Part shown: in pieces, positions 9,173 through 17,592 of the stretch
Layout: every line of letters begins with the position of its first letter
Position numbering within the stretch: the stretch's first letter is position 1
DNA from: Candidatus Fermentibacterota bacterium
GTDB taxonomy: Bacteria > Fermentibacterota > Fermentibacteria > Fermentibacterales > Fermentibacteraceae
DNA length: 51,620 nt
Direction of reading: 5' to 3'
NCBI GenBank assembly: GCA_012523605.1
Contig: JAAYTY010000144.1
Span: 1 to 51,620 of the forward strand
Position numbers and translations under genes: made by a program
Notes under the pieces: model-generated
Told to the model about the DNA's origin: nothing
Databases searched by the model: none
The model's input: only the letters and a program-made list of their open reading frames with translations

Positions 9173-10513
9173 TTGAGCCCGAGAGCGCTCGCATGCATCC
9201 TGACAGCACTGGCCGCCGCATCCTTCGGCTGCGGCAGGTCCGCCGAGCCGGGCGGGGTCGTCGAGGTGGTGTTCTGGCACGCCATGGGAGGACCCCTGGG
9301 CGACGTGCTGGAGGACACCCTGATCGCCGAGTTCAACGCGACACATCCCGGCATCCGGGTGATCCCCGTCTCCATGGGGAATTACAGAGCCCTCAGCCAG
9401 AAGATCATGGCCGCCGCCATGGCCGGCGAACCGCCCGCCCTGGCGCAGGCCTACGAGACATGGACGGCACAGCTCATCAGGGGCGGGGCGATCGTGCCCC
9501 TGGATTCCATGATGGATCTGTCCCCCGCCTTCCGCGATTCGATCTGGCCGGACGTGTTCGACGTCTTCAGACGCGACAACACCTTCGGGGGGCGGATATA
9601 CAGCCTTCCCTTCAACAAGAGCGTGCCTCTCGTCTACTACAATGCGGACCTCTTCGACAGCCTGGGACTGTCGCCCGCGGAGACGTGGGAGGAGCAGAGG
9701 GAGCTCCTCGGGAGGCTCTGCCTGGACTCCAACGGGGACGGCGACCTGCTCGACGAGGGCGATCGATGGGGGGCGGGCATCACCGTGAGCGTCTGGACCT
9801 TCGAGTGCCTGCTGGCGCAGGCCGGAGGCAGTCTCCTCTCCGAAGACGGCACGGAGACCGCCTTCGACTCCCCGATGGGAATCGAGGCGCTGTCGTATCT
9901 CGAGTCGCTCCTCCACGAGGACCGATCGGTCTTCCTCGCCAGCGGTTTCGAGCACCAGAGAGCCTTCTCCGAGCGGAGGACCGGGCTGGTCGAAGGATCC
10001 GTGACCTCGCTGGCCTACCTGCTGGAGGACATGGAGAGGAGGGCCGAGAGCGGTCTTCCGACTTTCAGGATCGGAGTCGCGCCCCTGCCGGCGGGCCGCG
10101 AGCACGCGGTCTTCATAGCCGGGACGAACGTCGTCGTCTTCCGCTCCGACGATCCCCGCCGGGTGGCGGCCGCATGGGAATTCGCGACATGGTTCCTGGA
10201 GCCCCGTCAGCAGGCGAGATGGTTCGCCGGGAGCGGATACCTGCCTGCTGTGAGGTCCGCTCTCCGGGAGCCCGAAGCACTCGAGAAGATCGAGAGGCAC
10301 CCCGGGCTCGAGCGCGTTATCGGCCAGCTCGAATACGCGCGGTTCGAGCCCCAGACCACCGCCTGGTACGACGGCAGGGAGTTCCTCTCCGAAGCCGTGG
10401 AGATAGTGCTGTACGGCAGGATGTCGCCGGAGGAGGCCTTGGAGAGGGCCGCCCGGCTGACCGACGAAGAGATGCGTCTGGACGCCCGGTCTGACCGAAT
10501 GGAGGTCGAATGA
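9173..10513 (+). CDS. ABC transporter solute-binding lipoprotein (CUT1/UgpB-like)
   Basis: Lipobox AAASFGC, FWHAMGG, LPFNKSVPLVYYNAD, GTNVVVF, AAWEF..W and SGYLP. Likely TTG start at 9173. Confidence 0.9.
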   Translation: MSPRALACILTALAAASFGCGRSAEPGGVVEVVFWHAMGGPLGDVLEDTLIAEFNATHPGIRVIPVSMGNYRALSQKIMAAAMAGEPPALAQAYETWTAQLIRGGAIVPLDSMMDLSPAFRDSIWPDVFDVFRRDNTFGGRIYSLPFNKSVPLVYYNADLFDSLGLSPAETWEEQRELLGRLCLDSNGDGDLLDEGDRWGAGITVSVWTFECLLAQAGGSLLSEDGTETAFDSPMGIEALSYLESLLHEDRSVFLASGFEHQRAFSERRTGLVEGSVTSLAYLLEDMERRAESGLPTFRIGVAPLPAGREHAVFIAGTNVVVFRSDDPRRVAAAWEFATWFLEPRQQARWFAGSGYLPAVRSALREPEALEKIERHPGLERVIGQLEYARFEPQTTAWYDGREFLSEAVEIVLYGRMSPEEALERAARLTDEEMRLDARSDRMEVE

Positions 10514-11514
10514 AGCTGCTCCTTCTCGCCCTGCCGCTGGCGGCGGGTCCGGCTCTTGCAGTGACGGTGTCGGAGGCCCGAATGGATGCCGACGGGGACG
10601 GCCTGCCGGACCTCCTCGGGCAGACCGTGACCATAGAGGCCGTGGCCACCTGCGAACCGGACCTGTTCTCCGGGAGCGGCGTCTCCTTCTACGTCCAGGA
10701 CGCTGCGGCCGGCATAAACGTATATGCCTACGACCCGCCGTCCTTCCCCGTGGGGCCGGGCGACCTCCTCCGCATCACCGGCGAGATCGCTCAGTACAAC
10801 GGCCTCACGGAGATAGAACCCTCCTCGCCGGACGACTACGAGTACCTCGGTTCCCCCGGTGTTCCCGAGCCCGTCCAGCTCGCCAGGCACCAGGGAGTCT
10901 CGGAGCCCCTCGAGAGCATGCTCCTCAGGGCCGGAGACCCATCAGGCCCCGTCTGGGTGACTGTGGCGACCACGCCCTCGCAGTCCGGAGGCGGCTTCAA
11001 CTTCAGCGTCTGGAACGGGGAGACCGCCATCGCGGTCAGGGTGAACGGGACCACCGGAATCTCGGTGTCCGGGATCGAGCCGGGGGTGCGGCTCTTCCTC
11101 ACCGGAATCGGCGGCCAGTACGATTCCGAGCCCCCATATACCACCGGCTACCAGCTTCTGCCACGCTACCAGGAGGATCTCGCGTTCTACACCCCGTCCA
11201 TACCGGACTTCTTCCATCTCGACCTGCTGTCGGAATCCCCCTTCTCCCCCTCGTCGGGCGAGGCGATACTCATGGAATACGGGGGAGCGCCGGGGCTCAG
11301 GTTCACCCTGAAGGTGTTCGACAGGGCCGGAAGGGAGGTCGCCCGGCTGGCCAGCTCCAGGGCGGGGGGCGACGTCGTCGAATGGGACGGCAGGGACGAC
11401 AGCGAGGAGATCCTGCCGATTGGACCCTACATCGTCCTTCTCGAGGGGATAGCCCCCGACGGCGGGCGGCTCGTCACGACCGAGACGGTCGTGGTGGCCG
11501 CCGGCCTGGAATGA
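10510..11514 (+). CDS. Secreted protein with two OB-fold-like repeats and a C-terminal FlgD-Ig/T9SS-CTD-like domain
   Basis: Signal peptide; GQTVTIEAVAT..FYVQD...GINVY...GD...ITGEIAQYNGLTEI, an OB fold of the type found in YhcR/ExeM-like nucleases; a second repeat ending YQLLPRYQEDL; C-terminal PFSP..KVFDRAGREV..WDGRD...PIGPYI. Confidence 0.7.
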   Translation: MKLLLLALPLAAGPALAVTVSEARMDADGDGLPDLLGQTVTIEAVATCEPDLFSGSGVSFYVQDAAAGINVYAYDPPSFPVGPGDLLRITGEIAQYNGLTEIEPSSPDDYEYLGSPGVPEPVQLARHQGVSEPLESMLLRAGDPSGPVWVTVATTPSQSGGGFNFSVWNGETAIAVRVNGTTGISVSGIEPGVRLFLTGIGGQYDSEPPYTTGYQLLPRYQEDLAFYTPSIPDFFHLDLLSESPFSPSSGEAILMEYGGAPGLRFTLKVFDRAGREVARLASSRAGGDVVEWDGRDDSEEILPIGPYIVLLEGIAPDGGRLVTTETVVVAAGLE

Positions 11515-11524
11515 GGTGGTTCCC

Positions 11525-12343
11525 ATGAAAACGATGCTCTTCGCCGCTTCACTCGTGCTGGCCGCCGCCCCGCCCGCCCTCGCGGCCTTCGAAGAGCTGG
11601 AGCTGGGAGTCGCCGACCAGGCGATGGGCTCGACGGGCGTGATGGGGACTGGAGCTGTCTCGGTGCTTTCGAACCCCGCCTCTCCGGCCGGAAGCGCAGG
11701 CTGGTCGGTGACCGCCTCCAGCCGCCTGCCCTTCTCCATCACCGACCTCGCGACCCACGGTCTGGATGTCTCCATGCCCCTGCGCGGAACCTGGCGGGGC
11801 TCGGCGTCCATCCGGCAGTTCGGCTTCAGCGAGTACTCCGAGCAGATGGTGGCCGTGACCATCTCGGGAATGCTCGGGAGGGAGCTCGCCTTCGGGATCC
11901 AGCCCACCCTCGGAGCCGTGAGCATCGGCGACGGGGTTTCGAGCTACGGCTCGGCGACCGCCCTGTCGCTGAACGCCGGATTCCAGGCGAGGATCTGCGG
12001 GCGATGGAGGATAGGGGCGTCGGTCCGCAACCCGTTCGAGAGCGGCATCGGAGAGAGCGGAGAGCACCTCGAGAGGAGGATCGACGCGGGTGTGGCCTAC
12101 GAGCCCTCCGCCGGCATGGAATCCCGCTTCTCGTTGTCGAGGGACTTCCGCGGAACGAGGGTCCACGCCGGGCAGGCCGTCCCGGTCGGCCCTCTGAGCC
12201 TCATGGCCGGAGTCGGCACATCCCCGGTCACCATCTCCGGCGGGCTGTCGGCCTGCGTGTCCGGGGTGAGGCTGGAGTACGCGGTCCAGTCGCATCCCGA
12301 CCTCCAGCCCACGCACCAGGCCGGGATCACCTATGTCTTCTAG
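11525..12343 (+). CDS. Small outer-membrane beta-barrel, PorV/PorP(SprF)-like
   Basis: Signal peptide, A.AMG...NPA N-terminal motif, amphipathic strands, C-terminal HQAGITYVF (aromatic beta-signal). Alternative GTG start at 11516. Confidence 0.65.
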   Translation: MKTMLFAASLVLAAAPPALAAFEELELGVADQAMGSTGVMGTGAVSVLSNPASPAGSAGWSVTASSRLPFSITDLATHGLDVSMPLRGTWRGSASIRQFGFSEYSEQMVAVTISGMLGRELAFGIQPTLGAVSIGDGVSSYGSATALSLNAGFQARICGRWRIGASVRNPFESGIGESGEHLERRIDAGVAYEPSAGMESRFSLSRDFRGTRVHAGQAVPVGPLSLMAGVGTSPVTISGGLSACVSGVRLEYAVQSHPDLQPTHQAGITYVF

Positions 12344-14771
12344 CTTCCTGCTCGCGATCCTGGCCGCCGCCGGTCCTTTCGGCAGGGTGGACCTCAACAC
12401 GGCGACCCTGGAGCAGCTCCGCGCACTGGAGGGGATCACCGACGAGCAGGCCGACTCCATCTACTCGCGCGCGCTCTCGACGGGGGGATTCGCGGACATA
12501 TACGAGGTGGCGGAGATACCCGGCATGACTGCATCGAGCCTTGCGTGGCTGAGGGACAACTGCATGGTGTCGCCCCGCGCGGAAGGCTCTCTGAGCCCCG
12601 CGGTGATGGACCTCATGGAAAGGCTCGCGGTCGAGGACGGTCCCGGCGACGCAGCCGTGGACGAATGGGAGAACCTCCTGATCCGCCCGATGCCGGTGAA
12701 CGGCCTGAGGCACTGGGACCTCCGGATGCTCGACAGAGTGAGCATCGTGGACGCCGCCGCCGTCGAGCGGAGACTGCGCGATCTGGGCCCTGTCTCGGGC
12801 GTGGCTTCCCTTCGCGGGAGCGACGGCTTGAGCTACTACGGCTACAGGAATCTCAGGGACTATGTCGCAACCCGCGAGCTGGACCTCTCCAGCACCGACT
12901 TCTTCGGCGGACTGCGCGTGACCGTGGACGGGGGCGCAGGGCGGTCGGAGGGCGAAGGATCGCTGGCTGCGCGCCTGGACGACCTGGGCAGCGCAATCGG
13001 GGACATGGAGTCCGGAGGCAGGGACTATTCGGGCAGTCCCGTCGACAGCGCCGCGCTGTACGAACAGCTCGTTTCGGAGCGCGACGAGCTGGCCGGCGCC
13101 CGAGGCGTGACAGGAAGCGTTCAAAGGCTCCGATTGGGCCTCGGGGACAGGTGGAGAGGGGGCATCAGGCTCTCCCGGGGACGCTGGTCAACCGCCGGGC
13201 ACGGCCTCCTTTCCGGCATGGACATGGGCGTGATAAGCGAGACCTACGACGTCGCGAAGGCTTTCGCCTCCCTGCACCGCCTCGGACCGCTCCACCAGGT
13301 GATACTCGGGAACTACAGGCTCTCCCTCAACCAGGGCCTCCTGGTGGACAACGCCGACGAGCTGATGAGCCGCTCTCTCTACAGGCCCCGGGGTCTGCAT
13401 CCCGACCTCACCTCGACACGGCAGGCCGCGTTCACCGGGGCGGCGTGCGAGGTGCGCAGCGGGCCTCTGGTGGGATACGCCTTCGTCTCGTCGGCCCCCC
13501 GGGACGCCATCATGAACTCCGACGGCACGCCGAACTCGCTCGTGCTCTCCCGCTGGCGCACCTCCGCCATGGCCGGAGCACTGCAGGAGACCGCCGCGGG
13601 AGGCTACGGCTATTTCGACCTGGGCGGCTTCCTTCCCTGCGGGACCTTCGTCGGAGCCGGAGCGCTGACCGTCTCCTGGAGCGACAGCCTGGTCCCCGAC
13701 CCGGAATTCCTGGACATTCCGAACGACGCGGAGGTCTGGAACTGCCCGGAGTACTCCGTCATGCCCCAAGGCGACGCCCTGTCGGCCTGGTCGGTCTCGG
13801 GGCAGACCGTCCTGGGCGGATTCGGCGTCGAGGGGGAGGCCGCGATGCAGGACAACGACGCCATGGCGGCCGTAGGCGGCGCAAGATGGCAGAACGACTG
13901 GTTCTACCTGCTCTGCTCGATAAGGCACTACGACCTGGAATACACAAACCCCTACTGCAGGGGATTCGCGGAGCAGAGCAGATTCGACGATACGGTGTTC
14001 GAGAAGCCCTACTATCTGAACGACCCCTCGGCGGCCGACCTCGCGGACTGGCCGGTTCCGAAGCCCGAGGAGGGGATCTACCTGGAATCCCGCTTCCAGG
14101 TCAGCCGGCAGATTCTGTTTCCCAAGGTCTATCTGGATGTGTGGCGCTCGATCCCCTGGGGCTTCGAGAACTACAGGTTCCAGGGGGAGCTGGAATACAG
14201 GCCCGTGTTCCCCCTCCGGTTCAGGCTGAAGTACAAGCTGCAGGACAAGACGAAGATGCAGGATCTCCTGCCGACAAGCTCGGTGACCCACGAGGCCACG
14301 CTGAGAACCATCGTCCTCCCGGCGGGCGGGGACTACTTCGAAATCGGCGTGCGGGCGGGGCTGGTGGAGCTGACGCCCAACCCTCTCTACACCGACGACA
14401 GGCTGATGAGCGGGGGATTCCTGAGCGCAAGGTGGGAGCACCGCTTCACGCCCGGGTTCTCCGTGCTGGGCGGAACGACGCTCTGGACCACCGACGGGAT
14501 GAGCCAGTGGGAGTTCGAGGACACGGGAATCGACTTCCTGGACGGCAGGGGCACGAAGTTCTACGTGACTGTCAAGGAGCAGATATCCGACAACATCCAG
14601 ATACGCCTCCGGCTGCTGCGCAAGGACACCTTCTTCCCGAGGAACGGGCTCTACAGGCCCGATCCCGAGGACCAGTACTACTACGAGGGCGACCCCGGCA
14701 GCCCCGTGAGGGATTTCGGCGATCACGCGGAGAGCTACGGTATCAACTGCCAGCTCGATCTGCGCTGGTAG
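12333..14771 (+). CDS. ComEA-type helix-hairpin-helix protein fused to a large outer-membrane beta-barrel
   Basis: VDLNTATLEQLRALEGI...A..I...R...GGF.DI.E...IPG (ComEA HhH pair), a second HhH-like unit PVN..WDLRMLDRVS, GNY.L..NQGL, and C-terminal QLDLRW. Confidence 0.8.
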   Translation: MSSSFLLAILAAAGPFGRVDLNTATLEQLRALEGITDEQADSIYSRALSTGGFADIYEVAEIPGMTASSLAWLRDNCMVSPRAEGSLSPAVMDLMERLAVEDGPGDAAVDEWENLLIRPMPVNGLRHWDLRMLDRVSIVDAAAVERRLRDLGPVSGVASLRGSDGLSYYGYRNLRDYVATRELDLSSTDFFGGLRVTVDGGAGRSEGEGSLAARLDDLGSAIGDMESGGRDYSGSPVDSAALYEQLVSERDELAGARGVTGSVQRLRLGLGDRWRGGIRLSRGRWSTAGHGLLSGMDMGVISETYDVAKAFASLHRLGPLHQVILGNYRLSLNQGLLVDNADELMSRSLYRPRGLHPDLTSTRQAAFTGAACEVRSGPLVGYAFVSSAPRDAIMNSDGTPNSLVLSRWRTSAMAGALQETAAGGYGYFDLGGFLPCGTFVGAGALTVSWSDSLVPDPEFLDIPNDAEVWNCPEYSVMPQGDALSAWSVSGQTVLGGFGVEGEAAMQDNDAMAAVGGARWQNDWFYLLCSIRHYDLEYTNPYCRGFAEQSRFDDTVFEKPYYLNDPSAADLADWPVPKPEEGIYLESRFQVSRQILFPKVYLDVWRSIPWGFENYRFQGELEYRPVFPLRFRLKYKLQDKTKMQDLLPTSSVTHEATLRTIVLPAGGDYFEIGVRAGLVELTPNPLYTDDRLMSGGFLSARWEHRFTPGFSVLGGTTLWTTDGMSQWEFEDTGIDFLDGRGTKFYVTVKEQISDNIQIRLRLLRKDTFFPRNGLYRPDPEDQYYYEGDPGSPVRDFGDHAESYGINCQLDLRW

Positions 14772-14784
14772 AGCGGAGGGTGAC

Positions 14785-15978
14785 ATGACATTGCTCGGCG
14801 GCTTGCTCGCTCTCGCCGCGATGACCGGCGGACTCCCGGAGGACTGTCTCCTGGGCACTCCCGGATTTCCGGTCACCGCACGCTCCCTCGCGATGGGCCG
14901 GGCGGAGTTCATGGATCCCTCGCCCATGGGCGCCCTGGCGAACCCGTCGGCGGCCGTCTCCGCCGGCGTCGGGCTGTCTCTCTGCGCCTCCGCCGGGATG
15001 GACCTGGAGATGGAGAAGAGGACCCGGACCGTCTACGATTCATTCGGGAGTTCCATCGGGGAGGCCGAGCACTCCTTCGACCGTTCGGCCGACCTCTTCC
15101 CGGGAGGCGTGGCCGCTTCGCTGGCCGGTTTCGACGGCATGCCCCGGGGGCTCGGGCTCGCGGCCGGCTGGAGGGCGCGGAACGGCTTCGGCTACGACTG
15201 GGACAGGGAGGTGAGGAGCGAGTACTACGCCCTGCTCGGAAGCGAGGCCCTCTCCATATCCGGCACGGCCGGGGAACTCTGCGCCTCGGCGTCGTTCTCT
15301 CCCCTCGATGCTCTCTCCCTCGGATTGGGGGCGGGCTGGCTCTCGTGCACGCGGGAGGAGACCTGGAGGCAGATCTGGGTGGACGAGAGCATTCCCGACG
15401 TACTCGAGACCCAGGAATCCGACCTCGAGGTCGTGACGGTCCGCGCCGCGTTCACCGCGCGCCCCTCCCGAAGGGTGACGGCTTCTGCGGGAGTCGAGGC
15501 CCCACTCTCGGCCGGATGGTCCGGAGACGCCGACGGCCCGCTCGACCTTCCGCCCCTCGCCCGCGCCGGCTTCCTCTGGATTCCCGGAAACTCCCTCAGG
15601 AGCGTCTTCACCGCGGAATTCTCCTACAGGGCGATGTCCGGTGCGAGATTCGACGGCGCGGACATGGGTCTGCGTGACTCCTGGAGCGCGTCCGCCGGCG
15701 TGGAGAACAGCCTGCCCGGAGGCGGGCCCGAATGCCGCTTCGGCTTCAGATACGACCGCTCCCCCATTGCGCGCTGCCTCGACTGCGTGTCCGTGACCGC
15801 CGGTCTCGGCTTCGACCTCTCCGGATGGACCCTGGATGCCGGAGGCCTTTTCTCCCCGAGGACGTGGGAGCAGGTGGATGTCGGCTCGCTCCCGTCCTTC
15901 TCCGAAGGCGACAGCCTCTCCGTCGAGGAGACGGAGACTGTCCTGCTGCTCTCACTGAGCCGCAGGATCTCGCTGTAG
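14785..15978 (+). CDS. FadL/PorV-like outer-membrane beta-barrel
   Basis: Signal peptide, ARSLAMG...ANPS motif, strand-rich body including RFGFRYDRSP and TAGLGF. Confidence 0.65.
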   Translation: MTLLGGLLALAAMTGGLPEDCLLGTPGFPVTARSLAMGRAEFMDPSPMGALANPSAAVSAGVGLSLCASAGMDLEMEKRTRTVYDSFGSSIGEAEHSFDRSADLFPGGVAASLAGFDGMPRGLGLAAGWRARNGFGYDWDREVRSEYYALLGSEALSISGTAGELCASASFSPLDALSLGLGAGWLSCTREETWRQIWVDESIPDVLETQESDLEVVTVRAAFTARPSRRVTASAGVEAPLSAGWSGDADGPLDLPPLARAGFLWIPGNSLRSVFTAEFSYRAMSGARFDGADMGLRDSWSASAGVENSLPGGGPECRFGFRYDRSPIARCLDCVSVTAGLGFDLSGWTLDAGGLFSPRTWEQVDVGSLPSFSEGDSLSVEETETVLLLSLSRRISL

Positions 15979-15988
15979 GGCTGGCGTC

Positions 15989-17587
15989 GTGCGGACGGCG
16001 GCGGCGCTCCTCCTGCTCTCGGCTGCTTCGGCGCCTTGCCTCGCGAGGGTTTTCACTCTGGACATACTGCACACGAACGACGTCCATGGAGGGATCGTCT
16101 CCCGCGACGCCACGTTCCTCAACCCGGACTTCCCGCCCGAGATCGGCGGCGCCGCCTGGCTCGCCTCCTATGTGGACTCGGTCAGAAGGGAGGCGGCCGG
16201 AACCGGGGGGTACGTACTCCTCCTCGACGCCGGTGACATCTACCAGGGCACCCCCGTCGGCGGCTACGACCTCGGAGCTTCCGTGGTGCGGTGGATGAAC
16301 TTCGTCGGCTACGATGCCATGACGCTCGGGAACCACGATTTCGACGACGGAGCGGCCAACGCCCTCGCGATCGCCGCGGCCGCGGACTTTCCGGTGCTGT
16401 CCTGCAACTTCGTCGAGGAAGCCACCGGGCTTCCCCCCTGCGGCATCGAGCCCATGACATTCTTCGAATTCGAGGGCGTGAAGATCGCGCTCATCGGACT
16501 CTCGACCTCCGATACGTGGGGGCTGGTGGACCCTGCGCTGCTGGAGGGCTACTCCTTCCTCGACGAGGAGGAGTCCGTCGGAGCGGCGATGGAGGAGGCC
16601 CGCCGCAGCGGCGCCGACATCGTCTTCGTCCTGTCCCACCTGGGTCAACCCTCGGATCCCGGAAGATACGTGGAGTCCGTGAGACAGGCCTGGATCTCGG
16701 GGGAGGAGTTCGACAAGGAGTTCGCCCTCAACAACGCCGAACTCTCCTCGCTCCTGCCGGGAATCGCCCTCATCGTGTCGGGCCACATCCACTACGGCCT
16801 TGCGCGCCCCTGGGTGAACCCCTTCACCGGAACGATCGTGGTGCAGGGCTATGCGAACGGGACGGGTGTGGGGCACATCAGGCTGCTGATAGACTCCGAG
16901 GCCCGCACGGTGACAGGGTACGAACTGCCGCGCGGCGAGGAGATCGTCAACCTCCTCCACGACGAGTTCCAGCCGGACCCCGAGGCTCTGGCGCTGATCG
17001 AGTCCTTCAGGACCGTGGCCGAGGCGGGCATGGACGAGGTGATAGGAGAGGCCCTGGAGGAGATCCCCAGGGGAGGCGCCGAGCATCCGATGGGAAGGCT
17101 GGTCGCCGATGCCGTGCTGGAATGTACGGGGGCCGACGTTGCCCTTGTGAACCGCGGGGGGATCAGGTCGTCCATTCCCAGGGGCTTGATCACGCCGAGG
17201 ATGATCTACGAGGCCATTCCGTTCGAGGAGGACCTCTATCTCGTCGAGGTGACCGGAGCCCAGCTCAGGAGGATTCTGGAGACCGGGATGCAGGGGCGCA
17301 GGCGCGACATGGAGCCGGCTGGATTCACCGCGGTGAGAAACCAGGCTCTGCCGGACATGGCCAAGATCGAATCCCTGATCGTGGGTGGCGAACCGGTCGA
17401 TTCGTCCAGAGCCTACGTCCTCGCCACCACGGGCTATCTAGTCCAGGGCAACGTTGGATACGACGTCATGAGGGAGTTCGAGGCGGTGCCCGCGGGATGC
17501 ACCCTGTTCGACGCGGTGGTCGCGTATGTGAAGGCTCACAGCCCCCTCGAGCCGGACGAGGTTCCCAGAATCCGATGGACGGAGTAG
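15989..17587 (+). CDS. Secreted bifunctional metallophosphatase/5'-nucleotidase (UshA family)
   Basis: ILHTNDVHG, LLDAGDIYQG, YDAMTLGNHDFD, LSHLG, IVSGHIH, and a C-domain with N.GGIR and PF. Signal peptide present. Confidence 0.93.
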   Translation: MRTAAALLLLSAASAPCLARVFTLDILHTNDVHGGIVSRDATFLNPDFPPEIGGAAWLASYVDSVRREAAGTGGYVLLLDAGDIYQGTPVGGYDLGASVVRWMNFVGYDAMTLGNHDFDDGAANALAIAAAADFPVLSCNFVEEATGLPPCGIEPMTFFEFEGVKIALIGLSTSDTWGLVDPALLEGYSFLDEEESVGAAMEEARRSGADIVFVLSHLGQPSDPGRYVESVRQAWISGEEFDKEFALNNAELSSLLPGIALIVSGHIHYGLARPWVNPFTGTIVVQGYANGTGVGHIRLLIDSEARTVTGYELPRGEEIVNLLHDEFQPDPEALALIESFRTVAEAGMDEVIGEALEEIPRGGAEHPMGRLVADAVLECTGADVALVNRGGIRSSIPRGLITPRMIYEAIPFEEDLYLVEVTGAQLRRILETGMQGRRRDMEPAGFTAVRNQALPDMAKIESLIVGGEPVDSSRAYVLATTGYLVQGNVGYDVMREFEAVPAGCTLFDAVVAYVKAHSPLEPDEVPRIRWTE

Positions 17588-17592
17588 CGGAG

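Noticed and set aside
13188-14927. Long antisense or alternate-frame ORFs (also 12545-14788, 19334-21088, 24347-26440, 31246-33015, 31794-34049, 36898-38340, 39062-40561)
   Set aside because: Motif-free shadows (often Arg/Pro/Gly-rich), expected at high GC and overlapping well-supported genes.
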